Source: an uncultured delta proteobacterium (lineage in GTDB: Bacteria > Desulfobacterota > Desulfobacteria > Desulfobacterales > JAHEIW01). From it: 64,000 bases of DNA. Positions within the stretch are counted from its first letter, which is position 1; every line of letters starts with the position of its first letter. The stretch is from NCBI GenBank assembly GCA_963706575.1, contig CAVPNL010000015.1, forward strand, positions 288,001 to 352,000, in the 5' to 3' direction. Positions 11,038 to 20,701 of this stretch are shown piece after piece. A program made the translations under genes and the position numbers. The notes below the pieces were generated by a model that was not told the DNA's origin, made no database searches, and worked only from the letters and a program-made list of their open reading frames with translations.

Positions 11038-11829
11038 AATCTCTAAGACTAGCCCTATCGGGCAATGGTCGGACCCGAAAATATCGTTATCAATGAATGC
11101 CTCTTTGATCCAGCCTTTTTTAATAATATCCTCGGTCACGAAAAAGTAATCGATGCGCCACCCGACATTGCGATCCCTGGCTTTAAACCGGTAGGTCCAC
11201 CACGAGTATTTTACGGCTTCCGGAAAAAAATGTCTGAAGGTGTCTACATAACCGTTTTGGACAATCCGATCAAGCCAGTCCCGCTCGATTCTTAAAAAAC
11301 CGGATGTGTTTTCATTGGGTTTCGGGTTTTTCAGATCGATCTCGTTGTGGGCCGTATTGTAGTCGCCGGTAATGATGAGGCTGCGACCCTGTTTTCTATA
11401 GGAATCGGTATATTCAAAAAATGTTTCGTAAAAATCAAGCTTATACTGAAGCCTTTCATCGCTCATCTGACCATTGGGAAAGTAAACGTTAAAAAAGATA
11501 AAATCATCAAAATCCAGTTCAATAATGCGCCCTTCCTGATCAAATATAGAGACACCGAGCGCGGTGTTAACGCGCGTCGGTTTGATGCGCGAATAGGTGC
11601 CGACGCCGCTGTAACCTTTTTTTACCGTGGCGTGAGACCAGCAGGACTCATAACCTTCGATATTCTTCATCTTGTCGGTCATCTGATTTTCCTGAATCTT
11701 GGTCTCCTGAACAGAGAAAATGTCCGCATCCATCTGATGAAACAATGCAAAAAAATCCTTCTTAATGACGGCCCGCAGGCCGTTTACGTTCCAGGAGATC
11801 AATTTGATCCGCTTCTTCTTTTTCGCCAT
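11035..11829 (-). CDS. xth: Exodeoxyribonuclease III
   Basis: SWNVNGLRA, QETK, GDYNTAH, GWRIDYF and SDHCP motifs. Confidence 0.95.
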   Translation of the reverse strand: MAKKKKRIKLISWNVNGLRAVIKKDFFALFHQMDADIFSVQETKIQENQMTDKMKNIEGYESCWSHATVKKGYSGVGTYSRIKPTRVNTALGVSIFDQEGRIIELDFDDFIFFNVYFPNGQMSDERLQYKLDFYETFFEYTDSYRKQGRSLIITGDYNTAHNEIDLKNPKPNENTSGFLRIERDWLDRIVQNGYVDTFRHFFPEAVKYSWWTYRFKARDRNVGWRIDYFFVTEDIIKKGWIKEAFIDNDIFGSDHCPIGLVLEI

Positions 11830-11898
11830 ATTGAAATTCTCTTCTAATCGCAGTCAATTTCTAAAAGTTACGTTTGCACTTTAAATGGTAATTTTTTT

Positions 11899-11959
11899 AC
11901 CACGAAAGCACGAAAATTTTTCTTTTTTTCGTGTTTTGTTCCTTTCGTGCTTTCGTGAT
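11899..11959. repeat. Mirrored CACGAAAG-type microrepeat hairpin
   Basis: accacgaaagcacgaaa ... tttcgtgctttcgtgat. Confidence 0.8.
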
Positions 11960-11983
11960 TAATTCTGTAAGCTTAAATCTATC

Positions 11984-12532
11984 TCATTCTCTTAGTAATC
12001 TTTTGATTTTCAGTAGAATTTCGTTTTCCACCGAGCCTTCAAGGGCTTCCTTAAGCGAGCGCAGGCATTCCCGGATGATCGCGGTTTTGGGCCGTGAAGA
12101 CCCCAGCTGCGCATCAATGGTTTTTATATCCGCCATCAGCTCCGAAAGACCGTCAAAATCCAGACCCAGGTTGCCGGCCTGGTTTTTAAGCTCACCGGCG
12201 ACCTGTTCGACGCTCTGGCAGCTGGTGGTATCCATAACGGGTTGATCGGTCAGCTTGCCCGGCGAACCGTCCGCCAGAGGCGTACCGCCTGTCAGAAGCT
12301 TAACTTCATTGGCACCTTCGGTACTGATACCAATCCCGCCGGACAGCGTTCGAATTTCCACCAGCTGTAATCCAATTAGGGTTTCAGCCACCCGCGAACT
12401 GGTATCGCGGTCCAGGCCCAATCCCTCGCCGATGTCATACATGGAAACCTGTGCAGATGGATCGCCGCCGGTCTGCTCAAACAGTTGAATCAAAAATTGC
12501 TGGCCGGCTTCATCCAGTTCGCTGCTGCTCAT
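11984..12532 (-). CDS. Hypothetical protein (possible N-terminal winged helix)
   Basis: 182-aa ORF with AAGGA RBS; SMYDIGEGLGLD..SRVAETL..L.LV pattern resembles a wHTH. Confidence 0.7.
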   Translation of the reverse strand: MSSSELDEAGQQFLIQLFEQTGGDPSAQVSMYDIGEGLGLDRDTSSRVAETLIGLQLVEIRTLSGGIGISTEGANEVKLLTGGTPLADGSPGKLTDQPVMDTTSCQSVEQVAGELKNQAGNLGLDFDGLSELMADIKTIDAQLGSSRPKTAIIRECLRSLKEALEGSVENEILLKIKRLLRE

Positions 12533-12590
12533 AGATTCAATTGCATCCTTTCAATTAATGCGTTTTGGATAGGTGTCACTTAGAAATTAT

Positions 12591-12684
12591 TCGCACGCAA
12601 GCCGCAAAGCTCGCAAAGAAAAAAAATATAAATTTTTTAATAAAAAAAATTTTGCGCGCCTGTTTTTTGGCGTCTTTGCGTGAG
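12591..12684. repeat. Mirrored CGCAAAG-type microrepeat hairpin, copy 1
   Basis: tcgcacgcaagccgcaaagctcgcaaag ... tttgcgc...tggcgtctttgcgtgag. Confidence 0.8.
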
Positions 12685-12717
12685 GCCCTCAAGCTGTCAG
12701 CTTTTCTTTAGACGGCT

Positions 12718-13617
12718 TTAGGCGACCACCGCTTGAATAGCCGACCGGATATCCGGATACTGAAATTCGAAACCGTGGCTCAAAAGCTTAGCGGGAATGG
12801 CGCGCTGGCTGTCCAGCAGTATGTTGCCGAATTCTCCGAGCACGGCGCGGACCATAAATGCCGGAGCCGGCATGATGGCCGGCCGGCCCAGTACTTGCCC
12901 CAGGGTGTTTGCCAGCTCACGGTTTCTCACCGGATTGGGAGCGCAAAAGTTAAGCGGGCCATCGACCTGCGGATGTTCACAGACAAACAGAATCGCGGCC
13001 ATCAGATCGGTCAGATGCATCCAGGGAAACCATTGGTTCCCGCTGCCGATGGGACCGCCTACAAAAGATTTAAAGGCCGGAATCATCTTGGCCAGGGCCC
13101 CGCCGCCTTTTCCCAGAATTACGCCAAATCGCATCAGCGCCACCCGGATTCCTTTGGCAGTCCCTTTCAGCGCCGCTGCTTCCCAGTCCACCGAAACCGA
13201 GGCTAAAAAATCAATACCGGGCTTTTCGTCTTCTTCTAAAAGGTCGTCGCCCCGGTTGCCGTAATATCCGGCACCGGATGCACTGCAAAGGACCACCGAT
13301 TGATCGGCCGGCAACGCATCCACCACGTTGCGGGTGGTTAATACGCGACTGTCGTATATCTGCTTCTTATAGCTTTTGCTCCAGCGCTTGAAAATTGATT
13401 TGCCGACCAGATTAACCACAGCATCCACATCGCCCAGTGCTTTCTGCCAGTCTCCCGCTTGAGTGGTGTCCGCTGAGATGTATTGATACCTGTCGGCGGT
13501 TATCCGATTTTGGGTCGCCGCCCGTCCCACTGCAATGACGGCGTGCCCTTTATCCAGAAGGTAATCCGAAAGGTTTGCGCCGACAAATCCCAGACCACCC
13601 GTAATTAGAATTTTCAT
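12718..13617 (-). CDS. TIGR01777 family NAD-dependent epimerase/oxidoreductase
   Basis: MKILITGGLGFVG after a GGAGG RBS; GYYG and GGPIGSGNQWFPW motifs. Confidence 0.92.
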   Translation of the reverse strand: MKILITGGLGFVGANLSDYLLDKGHAVIAVGRAATQNRITADRYQYISADTTQAGDWQKALGDVDAVVNLVGKSIFKRWSKSYKKQIYDSRVLTTRNVVDALPADQSVVLCSASGAGYYGNRGDDLLEEDEKPGIDFLASVSVDWEAAALKGTAKGIRVALMRFGVILGKGGGALAKMIPAFKSFVGGPIGSGNQWFPWMHLTDLMAAILFVCEHPQVDGPLNFCAPNPVRNRELANTLGQVLGRPAIMPAPAFMVRAVLGEFGNILLDSQRAIPAKLLSHGFEFQYPDIRSAIQAVVA

Positions 13618-13643
13618 GGGTCCCTCCTGCGATTTGCACACAC

Positions 13644-13671
13644 AAAAGAAAAGCGGGCTGTGGTGCCCGCT
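13644..13671 (-). terminator. Intrinsic terminator downstream of fur
   Basis: Minus strand agcgggc-accaca-gcccgct followed by tttcttttg. Confidence 0.65.
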
Positions 13672-13759
13672 AATACCTGAATCTTGAATGAAAATTAATC
13701 AGAAGGTTGAGGGCGTATTTTCCCGGGTTCCTCAACGTCGGTTTTTTATCGTTTTAGGG

Positions 13760-14176
13760 TTATCGGTTTGCATCCCGGTTGGATTTAGCCGAACATATCG
13801 GGCACACGCCCAGAAATTCCAACCGGTGTCCGATGATCTCATAATCGGTTGAATTGACCTGCGCCAGATCGATTTTTAAATCAGGGGCCACCGGTGCGTC
13901 AGCAATTCGATCGCAGCGAACACAGCGGATATGACAGTGGTCGGTCGGGTTGCCATCAAACCGTTTCAGGGAGCAGCCGGGTTCGAGCTTTTGAATATCA
14001 CCGGATTCAGAGAGTCTCTCAAGGTTGCGATAGACCGTCCCCAGGCTGATACGCGGCAATCGTTTGCGAACGATCTCATAGATCTCATCCGCACTCGGAT
14101 GGGTCTTGACTTTGCGAAGCTCTTCCAGAATTACCCTGCGCTGACGCGTCATCCGAAGGTTCGGGTGCTTTTGCAA
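13760..14176 (-). CDS. Fur/PerR family transcriptional regulator
   Basis: MTRQRRVIL, HPSADEIY, SLGTVYRNL, H-x-H-x-x-CxxC and C-terminal CxxC. Confidence 0.93.
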   Translation of the reverse strand: MQKHPNLRMTRQRRVILEELRKVKTHPSADEIYEIVRKRLPRISLGTVYRNLERLSESGDIQKLEPGCSLKRFDGNPTDHCHIRCVRCDRIADAPVAPDLKIDLAQVNSTDYEIIGHRLEFLGVCPICSAKSNRDANR

Positions 14177-14200
14177 ACTGTTTCTGCCTTTTGTTAAAGA

Positions 14201-15385
14201 TTACCCTCTTTCTTCAAGGGGCTCAAATTCACAGACATCCGGCCCGCAGTAATCGCCGACATATTCGGATTCCGGTCGGTACAGCATGGGCTTGGGTGCG
14301 GCACCGGCAAAATATTCTTCGATTACATGGGCGGTCCAGCCGGATATTCTCGAAATCGCAAATACCGGCGTGAACAGGCCTATTGGAATTCCCATGGCAT
14401 AATAAAGGGAAGCGCTATAAAAATCAACATTTACATATATATCTTTGTTTTTGCGCTTCTTAAATTCAGCTTTTCCCGTTTTTTCTAACAGTTGTGACAT
14501 TTCATACCAGCGGGTATCCCCGATGCGCTCCCCCATTCTCTTGGACATGGGCGCCAGAATGTGGGCGCGCGGATCATCGGTGTCATACACCGCATGCCCC
14601 AATCCAAAAATTTTGAGGCCGGCATCAAATTGCTGATTCACATAGGCTTCAACCTTATCCACCGAACCGATCTTTTTCAACATTTCCATGACACGCATAT
14701 TGGCGCCCCCGTGAAGCTCTCCCGACAGGGAACCTACGGCGGCACCGACGGCGGCATACATGTGGGCGCGGGTTGAAGCGACCTCACGGGCAGCAAAGGT
14801 TGAGGCATTAAAGGAATGCTCGGCATGCAGCACCAGGCAGGTATCCATGAAACGGCCTTCTTCTGCATCCGGCTCTTCGCCTTTGAGCATATAGAGGAAA
14901 TTGGCGGCATGGTCCAGATCGGGCGATGGACTCAGCGGGTCCTTATCGTTGCGAATGCGGTCCCAGGCCGCTAGGAGCGTGGGAAACTTCGCAATCAGCC
15001 TTATGGCCATTCTGACGGCTGCTTCCTGCGTTTGATCGGTGACGTCAGGATCATGGTTGGCCAGCAGGGATACACCGGCCTGCAAAACATCCATAACCAG
15101 CGCGTCTTTCGGCCGGGTTTTTAATGCGGCAATCACCTCCGGCGGGATATCTCTTTCGGCCGTAAGCTGGGCTTTAAATGCTTTCAATTTAGCTGCGTCC
15201 GGCAGTTTTTCAAAAAGAAGCAAATACGCCACCTCTTCAAATGACGCCGTATTCGCCAGATCCTGAATAAGATAACCCCTGTAGATTAATTTCCCGGCGG
15301 CACCCTGGACGTCGCTAATGCGGGTATCAGCGATGACCACGCCGCGTAATCCTGTATTCAACATCGGTCTGCATTCTTCTTCCAT
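14201..15385 (-). CDS. Citrate synthase (Si-type)
   Basis: AEHSFNASTF, LHGGAN, GLGHAVY, DPR and VNVDFY motifs. Confidence 0.93.
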   Translation of the reverse strand: MEEECRPMLNTGLRGVVIADTRISDVQGAAGKLIYRGYLIQDLANTASFEEVAYLLLFEKLPDAAKLKAFKAQLTAERDIPPEVIAALKTRPKDALVMDVLQAGVSLLANHDPDVTDQTQEAAVRMAIRLIAKFPTLLAAWDRIRNDKDPLSPSPDLDHAANFLYMLKGEEPDAEEGRFMDTCLVLHAEHSFNASTFAAREVASTRAHMYAAVGAAVGSLSGELHGGANMRVMEMLKKIGSVDKVEAYVNQQFDAGLKIFGLGHAVYDTDDPRAHILAPMSKRMGERIGDTRWYEMSQLLEKTGKAEFKKRKNKDIYVNVDFYSASLYYAMGIPIGLFTPVFAISRISGWTAHVIEEYFAGAAPKPMLYRPESEYVGDYCGPDVCEFEPLEERG

Positions 15386-15579
15386 AAATCACCTCATCTT
15401 CTTACCCCACGGGGGGACTAAAAATGTGAATGGGCTTTGTTTTACCTGTTTATTACACCTGTTTAAAAATGGATTTTGAATACAGAAATGTCAAGAGGGA
15501 AATTAGAGAAATAGAAATACTATATTTTGCCATATGCCACAAATACAGGCGGACCAACCGGCTAACCGTTTTTGGTTCA

Positions 15580-15912
15580 TCAATAGGGCATTTTTTCCGG
15601 GGGACGGCGTTCGGGTACATATTCTTGCGGAATTTTGCCCTCATTCCATTCTTTGGAAACATACAGGCTGCAGTAGCAGCTGCCGAACTCTTCGATATCC
15701 GGAACACTGTAAACACAGGGGCAAAAAATGTCTCGATCCAATTCCTTATCACCCGAAAGCAAGCGGCAGGGACAACCCATGTAGCCGTAATTTTCCCGGT
15801 TGGCGATCAACGCTTCCAGGAGTTCAAAGGTCCGCTCTTTATCCTTGTTAAAATAATAGCCTTTTGGTTCCTGCACTTTTTTCATGCGATCATACAGTTC
15901 TTGTGGTGTCAT
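15580..15912 (-). CDS. Ferredoxin:thioredoxin reductase catalytic subunit family
   Basis: CPCR, CPC and CYC motifs. Confidence 0.92.
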   Translation of the reverse strand: MTPQELYDRMKKVQEPKGYYFNKDKERTFELLEALIANRENYGYMGCPCRLLSGDKELDRDIFCPCVYSVPDIEEFGSCYCSLYVSKEWNEGKIPQEYVPERRPPEKMPY

Positions 15913-16166
15913 TCCATTCCCAGAGCCTCCTTTAATTCTTTTTCTTTATACCCCACAATGACGGTCTCGCCGATGATGATGGTCGGAAACGAGCAGCGCG
16001 GATTAAATTTTTTGACATCCTCGATGATGGCCTTACGTTCATCACCCTCGAGCTTATCCACGTCAATAAATTCATATTTTATGGTACATTCACCTAAAAA
16101 TCTTTTTGTTGCTTTGCAGTGGCTGCAGGTGCTCAACGAGTAAATTTTAACTTGCGGATGGGACAT
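15909..16166 (-). CDS. Glutaredoxin (NrdH-like)
   Basis: CSHC active site and SFPT; overlaps the FTR start (ATGA). Confidence 0.92.
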   Translation of the reverse strand: MSHPQVKIYSLSTCSHCKATKRFLGECTIKYEFIDVDKLEGDERKAIIEDVKKFNPRCSFPTIIIGETVIVGYKEKELKEALGME

Positions 16167-16725
16167 CGGAACATCCTTTCGTGATGTTGGATTTGATGGT
16201 CTTCGTACCCTAAGAATACGTCATCAGGCAAAAACAACAATTTGAATGTGAAATTTCGACTTGTCAAATCGCTTCATATGACGATTCAGAACTTCGCAAA
16301 ATAGTATAAAATTTAAATTATTTCAATTAAAAAATTAAAATATCTAATAGTTTACAATAATTGGCAATCAATTCGCCTGAGTCGCTAATCTTTTCTTACC
16401 ATCAATTGAGTCAAGTTCGATAGCAGATAATGGCACCCTGATAAAAAATAATTCATTATAATTTAAATTGGTTATATCGATATCGAATTGTCCGGCGGCG
16501 CACCGGCCCAAATTTGAGACGATTTGAGACACCTGGGGATCATCCGCAGCTGGGTCAGATCAGAAAGCGCAAAATGGGTCAAGGAGTGACATCATGTCCA
16601 ACAAAACACCACCGAATATCAATGGAAACATCTGATATACAGTCAGTTATATCGCCGGACAACAAGATGAATGATTTAAATTGAGCGTCAAAATAGAACA
16701 TCCGGAGGGATATCTGAATTGTTTC

Positions 16726-16765
16726 GTCTCACACATTTGATGAGACACACCTGTATCATAAGACA
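16726..16765. promoter_or_regulatory. Candidate enhancer (bEBP) sites upstream of cooS
   Basis: GTCTCA-N9-TGAGAC (16726-16746) and TGT-N8-ACA (16752-16765), about 150 bp upstream of a sigma-54 promoter. Confidence 0.5.
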
Positions 16766-16907
16766 AAAAAGATGATCGTTCAGGATCAGTAATCTTGAAT
16801 TTATAAGCGTTGAGATAGATTGTCTGCCGATTATTTTTTCTGCTATTCCAAAATCTTACGTCATCCAGTAAATTAATATATATTATCTACCTGTGATATA
16901 AATACAT

Positions 16908-16922
16908 TGGCACAAAATTTGC
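16908..16922 (+). promoter_or_regulatory. Sigma-54 (-24/-12) promoter of cooS
   Basis: TGGCAC-AAAAT-TTGC matches the consensus TGGCAC-N5-TTGC. Confidence 0.85.
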
Positions 16923-17112
16923 CACTAAATAGCTGATAATTTATAAAAATTTTAATCTTCTAAGGGTCTTGACAAAAAGTTTTATTTATCTTAATGAGAA
17001 TGGTTACTAATTAAACAAACCAATAAATATTCCCGGTAATTTCATTTTCTTCACATTATGAAAATCAACCCCATTTAACCTCAATCGATTGTTCCACGAA
17101 GGGAGGATTTAT

Positions 17113-19089
17113 ATGTCAGACGAAAAAAAAGTAGTTCCTGAAAAGAAGCAGCTTGATCCCAGGGAGCTCACCACCTGCGAGGCCACCGCCAGGATGATTA
17201 CAAAGGCCCGCAATGACGGTGTCGAGCTCGCCTTTGATCGGGCGCAAAACATGAAAGCCTGCCCCATCGGGGCCGATTCGGCCTGCTGCAAGCACTGTTT
17301 CATGGGCCCCTGCCGGCTCAATTCCAAAGACCCGTACGGCAAGGTGGGGGTTTGCGGCGCCACCATCGATACCATCATGTCGCGAAACTTTGCGCGTGCC
17401 GTAGCGGCGGGTACCTCGGCGCACACAGACCACGGCATGGCCATGCTGAATTTATTTCGAGAGGTTCTGGAAGGCCACATCAAGGACTACAAGATCAAAA
17501 ACGTCCAAAAATTGGAATACGTGGCCCGGGAAATGGATATTGAGACCGAAGGCCGCGAAGTCAAAGATATCGCCCTGGATCTGTATAAAGAGCTGGAGAG
17601 GACCTATACCCAGGTAGAAGGCGAGATTCCGTTTGTCAAGCGGGTTCCGCAAAAGACCCTGGAAACCTGGCGCAAGGAAGGAATCGTGCCGCGCGGTGCC
17701 ATGCGCGAAATCATGGAGCTCATGCATCGGTCCGCCATGGGCGTCGACCAGCACTACGCCAACATCACCAAGCAGTGCAGCCGCACCGCACTGGCCGACG
17801 GCTGGGGCGGATCCATGGTGGCCACCGAGATTTCCGATATTTTATTCGGCACACCGGCGCCGATGGCAATTGAAGTGAATATGGGCGTCTTAAAGGAAGA
17901 CCAGGTCAACATTATCATTCACGGCCATGAGCCCAATCTGTTTGAATCCATGGTCGAATCGGTCGGCGAACCGACCCTGGTCCAGGCCGCCAAGGACGCC
18001 GGTGCCAGGGGAATCAACCTGGTGGGCATGTGCTGCTCGGGACTGGAAATGTTTGTGCGCCACGGAACGCCGCATGCCGGCAACTTCATGTCCACCGAAA
18101 CCATCCTGGTCACGGGCGCGGTGGATGCCATGGTGGTCGATGTGCAGTGCATCAAACAGGCGCTGGCCAAAGTGGCGGAATGCTATAATACCCAGTTGAT
18201 CACCACCAACCCGCGCGCTCGCATTGAAGGCGCAAAGCATGTCGAATTTCACGAAGACAAACCCAAAGACTGCACCGATGAAATTGTCATCCAGGCCATC
18301 GGCCGCTTTAAGAATCGGGGCGTGGAAGTGGATATCCCAAAGATTGTCAACCATGGTGTAACCGGTTTTTCACATGAGTACATCAATTACATGCTCGGCG
18401 GAACCTTCCGGGGATCCTACACACCGCTGAACGACAACATTATCAACGGCCGCATCCGCGGTGTTGCCGGTGTGGTGGGATGCAACAATCCCCGCATGAA
18501 ACAGGACTATGTCCATGTGAACCTGGTCAAAGAGTTGATCAAAAACGACGTGCTGGTGGTCCAGACCGGATGCTCGCAAATAGCGCTGGCAAAAGCCGGG
18601 CTGACAACGCCTGAAGCCGCCCATCTGGCCGGCCCCGGACTGAAAGAAGTCTGTGAGACCGTGGGCATGCCGCCGGTGCTGGGCCTGGGTGCCTGTGTGG
18701 ACAACAGCCGCATTCTGATCGCCTGCGCCGAAATGGTCAAAACCGGCGGCCTGGGTGACAGCATCGCTGATCTGCCGGTGGCCGGATGTGCACCGGAGTA
18801 TATGAGTGAGAAGGCCATCACCATCGGACAATACTTTGTGGCTTCCGGTGTGTTTACGGTCTTCGGTGTAACCTTCCCGATTGTCGAAGGCACCAAATTC
18901 CACAAGCACCTGTTTGAAGAGCTGGAGCAACTGGGGATGGGCAAGTGGGGATTTGCAACCGATCCATTTGAGATCGCCAAAATGATGATCGCTCATATCG
19001 ACAAGAAACGCAAAGCCCTGGGTATCGACAAAGCCCGCGAACGCGTCCTGATGGATATGTCCGATCGCAGGGAAATTGACGCGGCCTAA
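17113..19089 (+). CDS. cooS: Anaerobic Ni,Fe carbon monoxide dehydrogenase catalytic subunit
   Basis: CCKHCFMGPC, GVCGA, HGHEP, GMCC, VDVQC, GVVGCNN, QTGC, GACVDN and SEKA motifs; GGGAGG RBS. Confidence 0.96.
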   Translation: MSDEKKVVPEKKQLDPRELTTCEATARMITKARNDGVELAFDRAQNMKACPIGADSACCKHCFMGPCRLNSKDPYGKVGVCGATIDTIMSRNFARAVAAGTSAHTDHGMAMLNLFREVLEGHIKDYKIKNVQKLEYVAREMDIETEGREVKDIALDLYKELERTYTQVEGEIPFVKRVPQKTLETWRKEGIVPRGAMREIMELMHRSAMGVDQHYANITKQCSRTALADGWGGSMVATEISDILFGTPAPMAIEVNMGVLKEDQVNIIIHGHEPNLFESMVESVGEPTLVQAAKDAGARGINLVGMCCSGLEMFVRHGTPHAGNFMSTETILVTGAVDAMVVDVQCIKQALAKVAECYNTQLITTNPRARIEGAKHVEFHEDKPKDCTDEIVIQAIGRFKNRGVEVDIPKIVNHGVTGFSHEYINYMLGGTFRGSYTPLNDNIINGRIRGVAGVVGCNNPRMKQDYVHVNLVKELIKNDVLVVQTGCSQIALAKAGLTTPEAAHLAGPGLKEVCETVGMPPVLGLGACVDNSRILIACAEMVKTGGLGDSIADLPVAGCAPEYMSEKAITIGQYFVASGVFTVFGVTFPIVEGTKFHKHLFEELEQLGMGKWGFATDPFEIAKMMIAHIDKKRKALGIDKARERVLMDMSDRREIDAA

Positions 19090-19111
19090 ATCCAACAGCC
19101 GCTAATCATAT

Positions 19112-19147
19112 AAAAATGGGGCCCCAACTCGGGCCCCATTTTTTTTT
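19112..19147 (+). terminator. Intrinsic terminator after cooS
   Basis: aatggggccc-loop-gggccccatt followed by a T tract. Confidence 0.88.
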
Positions 19148-19157
19148 GCGCTCACCT

Positions 19158-19303
19158 TAGAACCCATCTCAAAAATAGGATTTTGGTTCAAGATCGCGGC
19201 GGGGCCGAGCTTTAAACCGCAGGCATACTGTTGTATGTTGAGGATTTAAAGCGAGGCACCAACAAAGATATTGGGCCAAAAGACATTTTTGAGATGGGTT
19301 CTA
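19158..19303 (+). mobile_element. MITE-like element family A, copy 1 (about 145 bp)
   Basis: TIR tagaacccatctcaaaaat ... atttttgagatgggttcta; near-identical copies at 22560 and 61814. Confidence 0.9.
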
Positions 19304-19524
19304 TAAATTTGGCAGCATAGCCCAAGAATTTTAAAAGGTTTTAAAATTGCCCCTTCATGGATCATGGATGACATCCATACTTGATACGATGTGTTTATTG
19401 AATTATAGAATACTCTCAAAGGCATTTTAAAATCCGATTGTTATAATTACTAAAGGATGCAAAGAGAGCACAAACTCAATTCCAGCCTTAATATGAATGC
19501 TTCAGAAAACAAATAGGATTCGCC

Positions 19525-20673
19525 ATGTCAATTTCACTTTATTCAGGTCCGTTGAACCCGGTAGAAGAACATTTTATTGATAAGGCCAAATTGTTTGCAG
19601 AAGAACACCTAAAACCCTATGCAGAGCATTGGGAGCAAACCAAACAACAGCCCGAAAAAACGCTTCGGATGGCCATTTCCCAATTCGCCGGTATTCGGAT
19701 ACCAAAAGAGCTTGGCGGGCACGGGGAATCGATGGCCACCATTGGACGCGTCTATGAAGAGTTGGCTAAGGTCGATATCGGGTTTGCCTGTGCCCTGGCC
19801 GTTCATAATATCGTGACGATTGCGGCCTCTCTTATCGGGAACACATCGCTTCGCGACCGATACCTGGACAAGCTGATGTCCGGTGAAGCCATCGGGGCGT
19901 TTCTATTGACCGAACCCGATATAGGATCGGACGCTACTTCCATTCAAACGCTGGCGACCGAGAAAAACGATAAATACATCATCAATGGAAGCAAAGCCTG
20001 GGTCACAAACGGAGTAAATGCAGACCTTTTAGCCGTTTTTGCTCAGACCGTCCCGGGGTCGTCGGCAAAGGGAATCGCCGGTTTTGTGATCAGGCCGGAC
20101 ATGCCGGGTGTTTCGGCAAAACCAGCTTACCACATGCTGGGCAATCATGCCATGGGGGTTAATGAGTTTAAATTTTCCAATTGTACTGCTGAGGCCGAAT
20201 TGATGGTATTTGCCCCGGGTGCGGGTTTTAAAGCGGCGATGTACGGAATCAACGTGGCGCGTTTCGGAGTTGCCGCTATGTGTAACGGTGCGCTTGAAGG
20301 CGGTTTAAACACGGCCGTGGATTATGCCAAAAAACGAGAAGCCTTCGGTCGCCCGATCATCAACCATCAGGGTCTCCAGTGGCAACTTGCGGAAGTCGCC
20401 ACACAACTCGAGGCAAGCCGAATGTTGACCTATCGCGCGGCGGAAATCATCGATAAAGGAGAAAATGTCACCGTTATGGCCGCCCATGCAAAGAAATTTG
20501 CGACACGCGCCGCTTTTGAGGGCCTCAGTACGGCAATGCAGGTCATGGGAGCTAATGGTCTTTTGAGAGAAAATCCATTGGCCCGGCAGATGTCCGGCGC
20601 AAGAGTAACATACTATATGGACGGGACAACCGAGATTCAAAACGTAGTCATCGGCCGTTCTCTACTAGCATAA
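19525..20673 (+). CDS. Acyl-CoA dehydrogenase
   Basis: LTEPDIGSD, NGSKAWVTNG, REAFGRPI and DGTTEIQ motifs. Confidence 0.93.
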   Translation: MSISLYSGPLNPVEEHFIDKAKLFAEEHLKPYAEHWEQTKQQPEKTLRMAISQFAGIRIPKELGGHGESMATIGRVYEELAKVDIGFACALAVHNIVTIAASLIGNTSLRDRYLDKLMSGEAIGAFLLTEPDIGSDATSIQTLATEKNDKYIINGSKAWVTNGVNADLLAVFAQTVPGSSAKGIAGFVIRPDMPGVSAKPAYHMLGNHAMGVNEFKFSNCTAEAELMVFAPGAGFKAAMYGINVARFGVAAMCNGALEGGLNTAVDYAKKREAFGRPIINHQGLQWQLAEVATQLEASRMLTYRAAEIIDKGENVTVMAAHAKKFATRAAFEGLSTAMQVMGANGLLRENPLARQMSGARVTYYMDGTTEIQNVVIGRSLLA

Positions 20674-20701
20674 TGTTTTTTAATATGGAAAGGACTGTTT
20701 T

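Noticed and set aside
15430..16143. Long antisense ORFs (also 6133-6801, 18370-19095, 52320-53105, 60648-61484)
   Set aside because: They are shadows of well-supported genes on the other strand and carry no motifs.
16581..16690. AAGGAG plus ATG at 16594 as a leader peptide upstream of cooS
   Set aside because: Very short, no recognisable features, and upstream of the sigma-54 promoter; cannot be supported.
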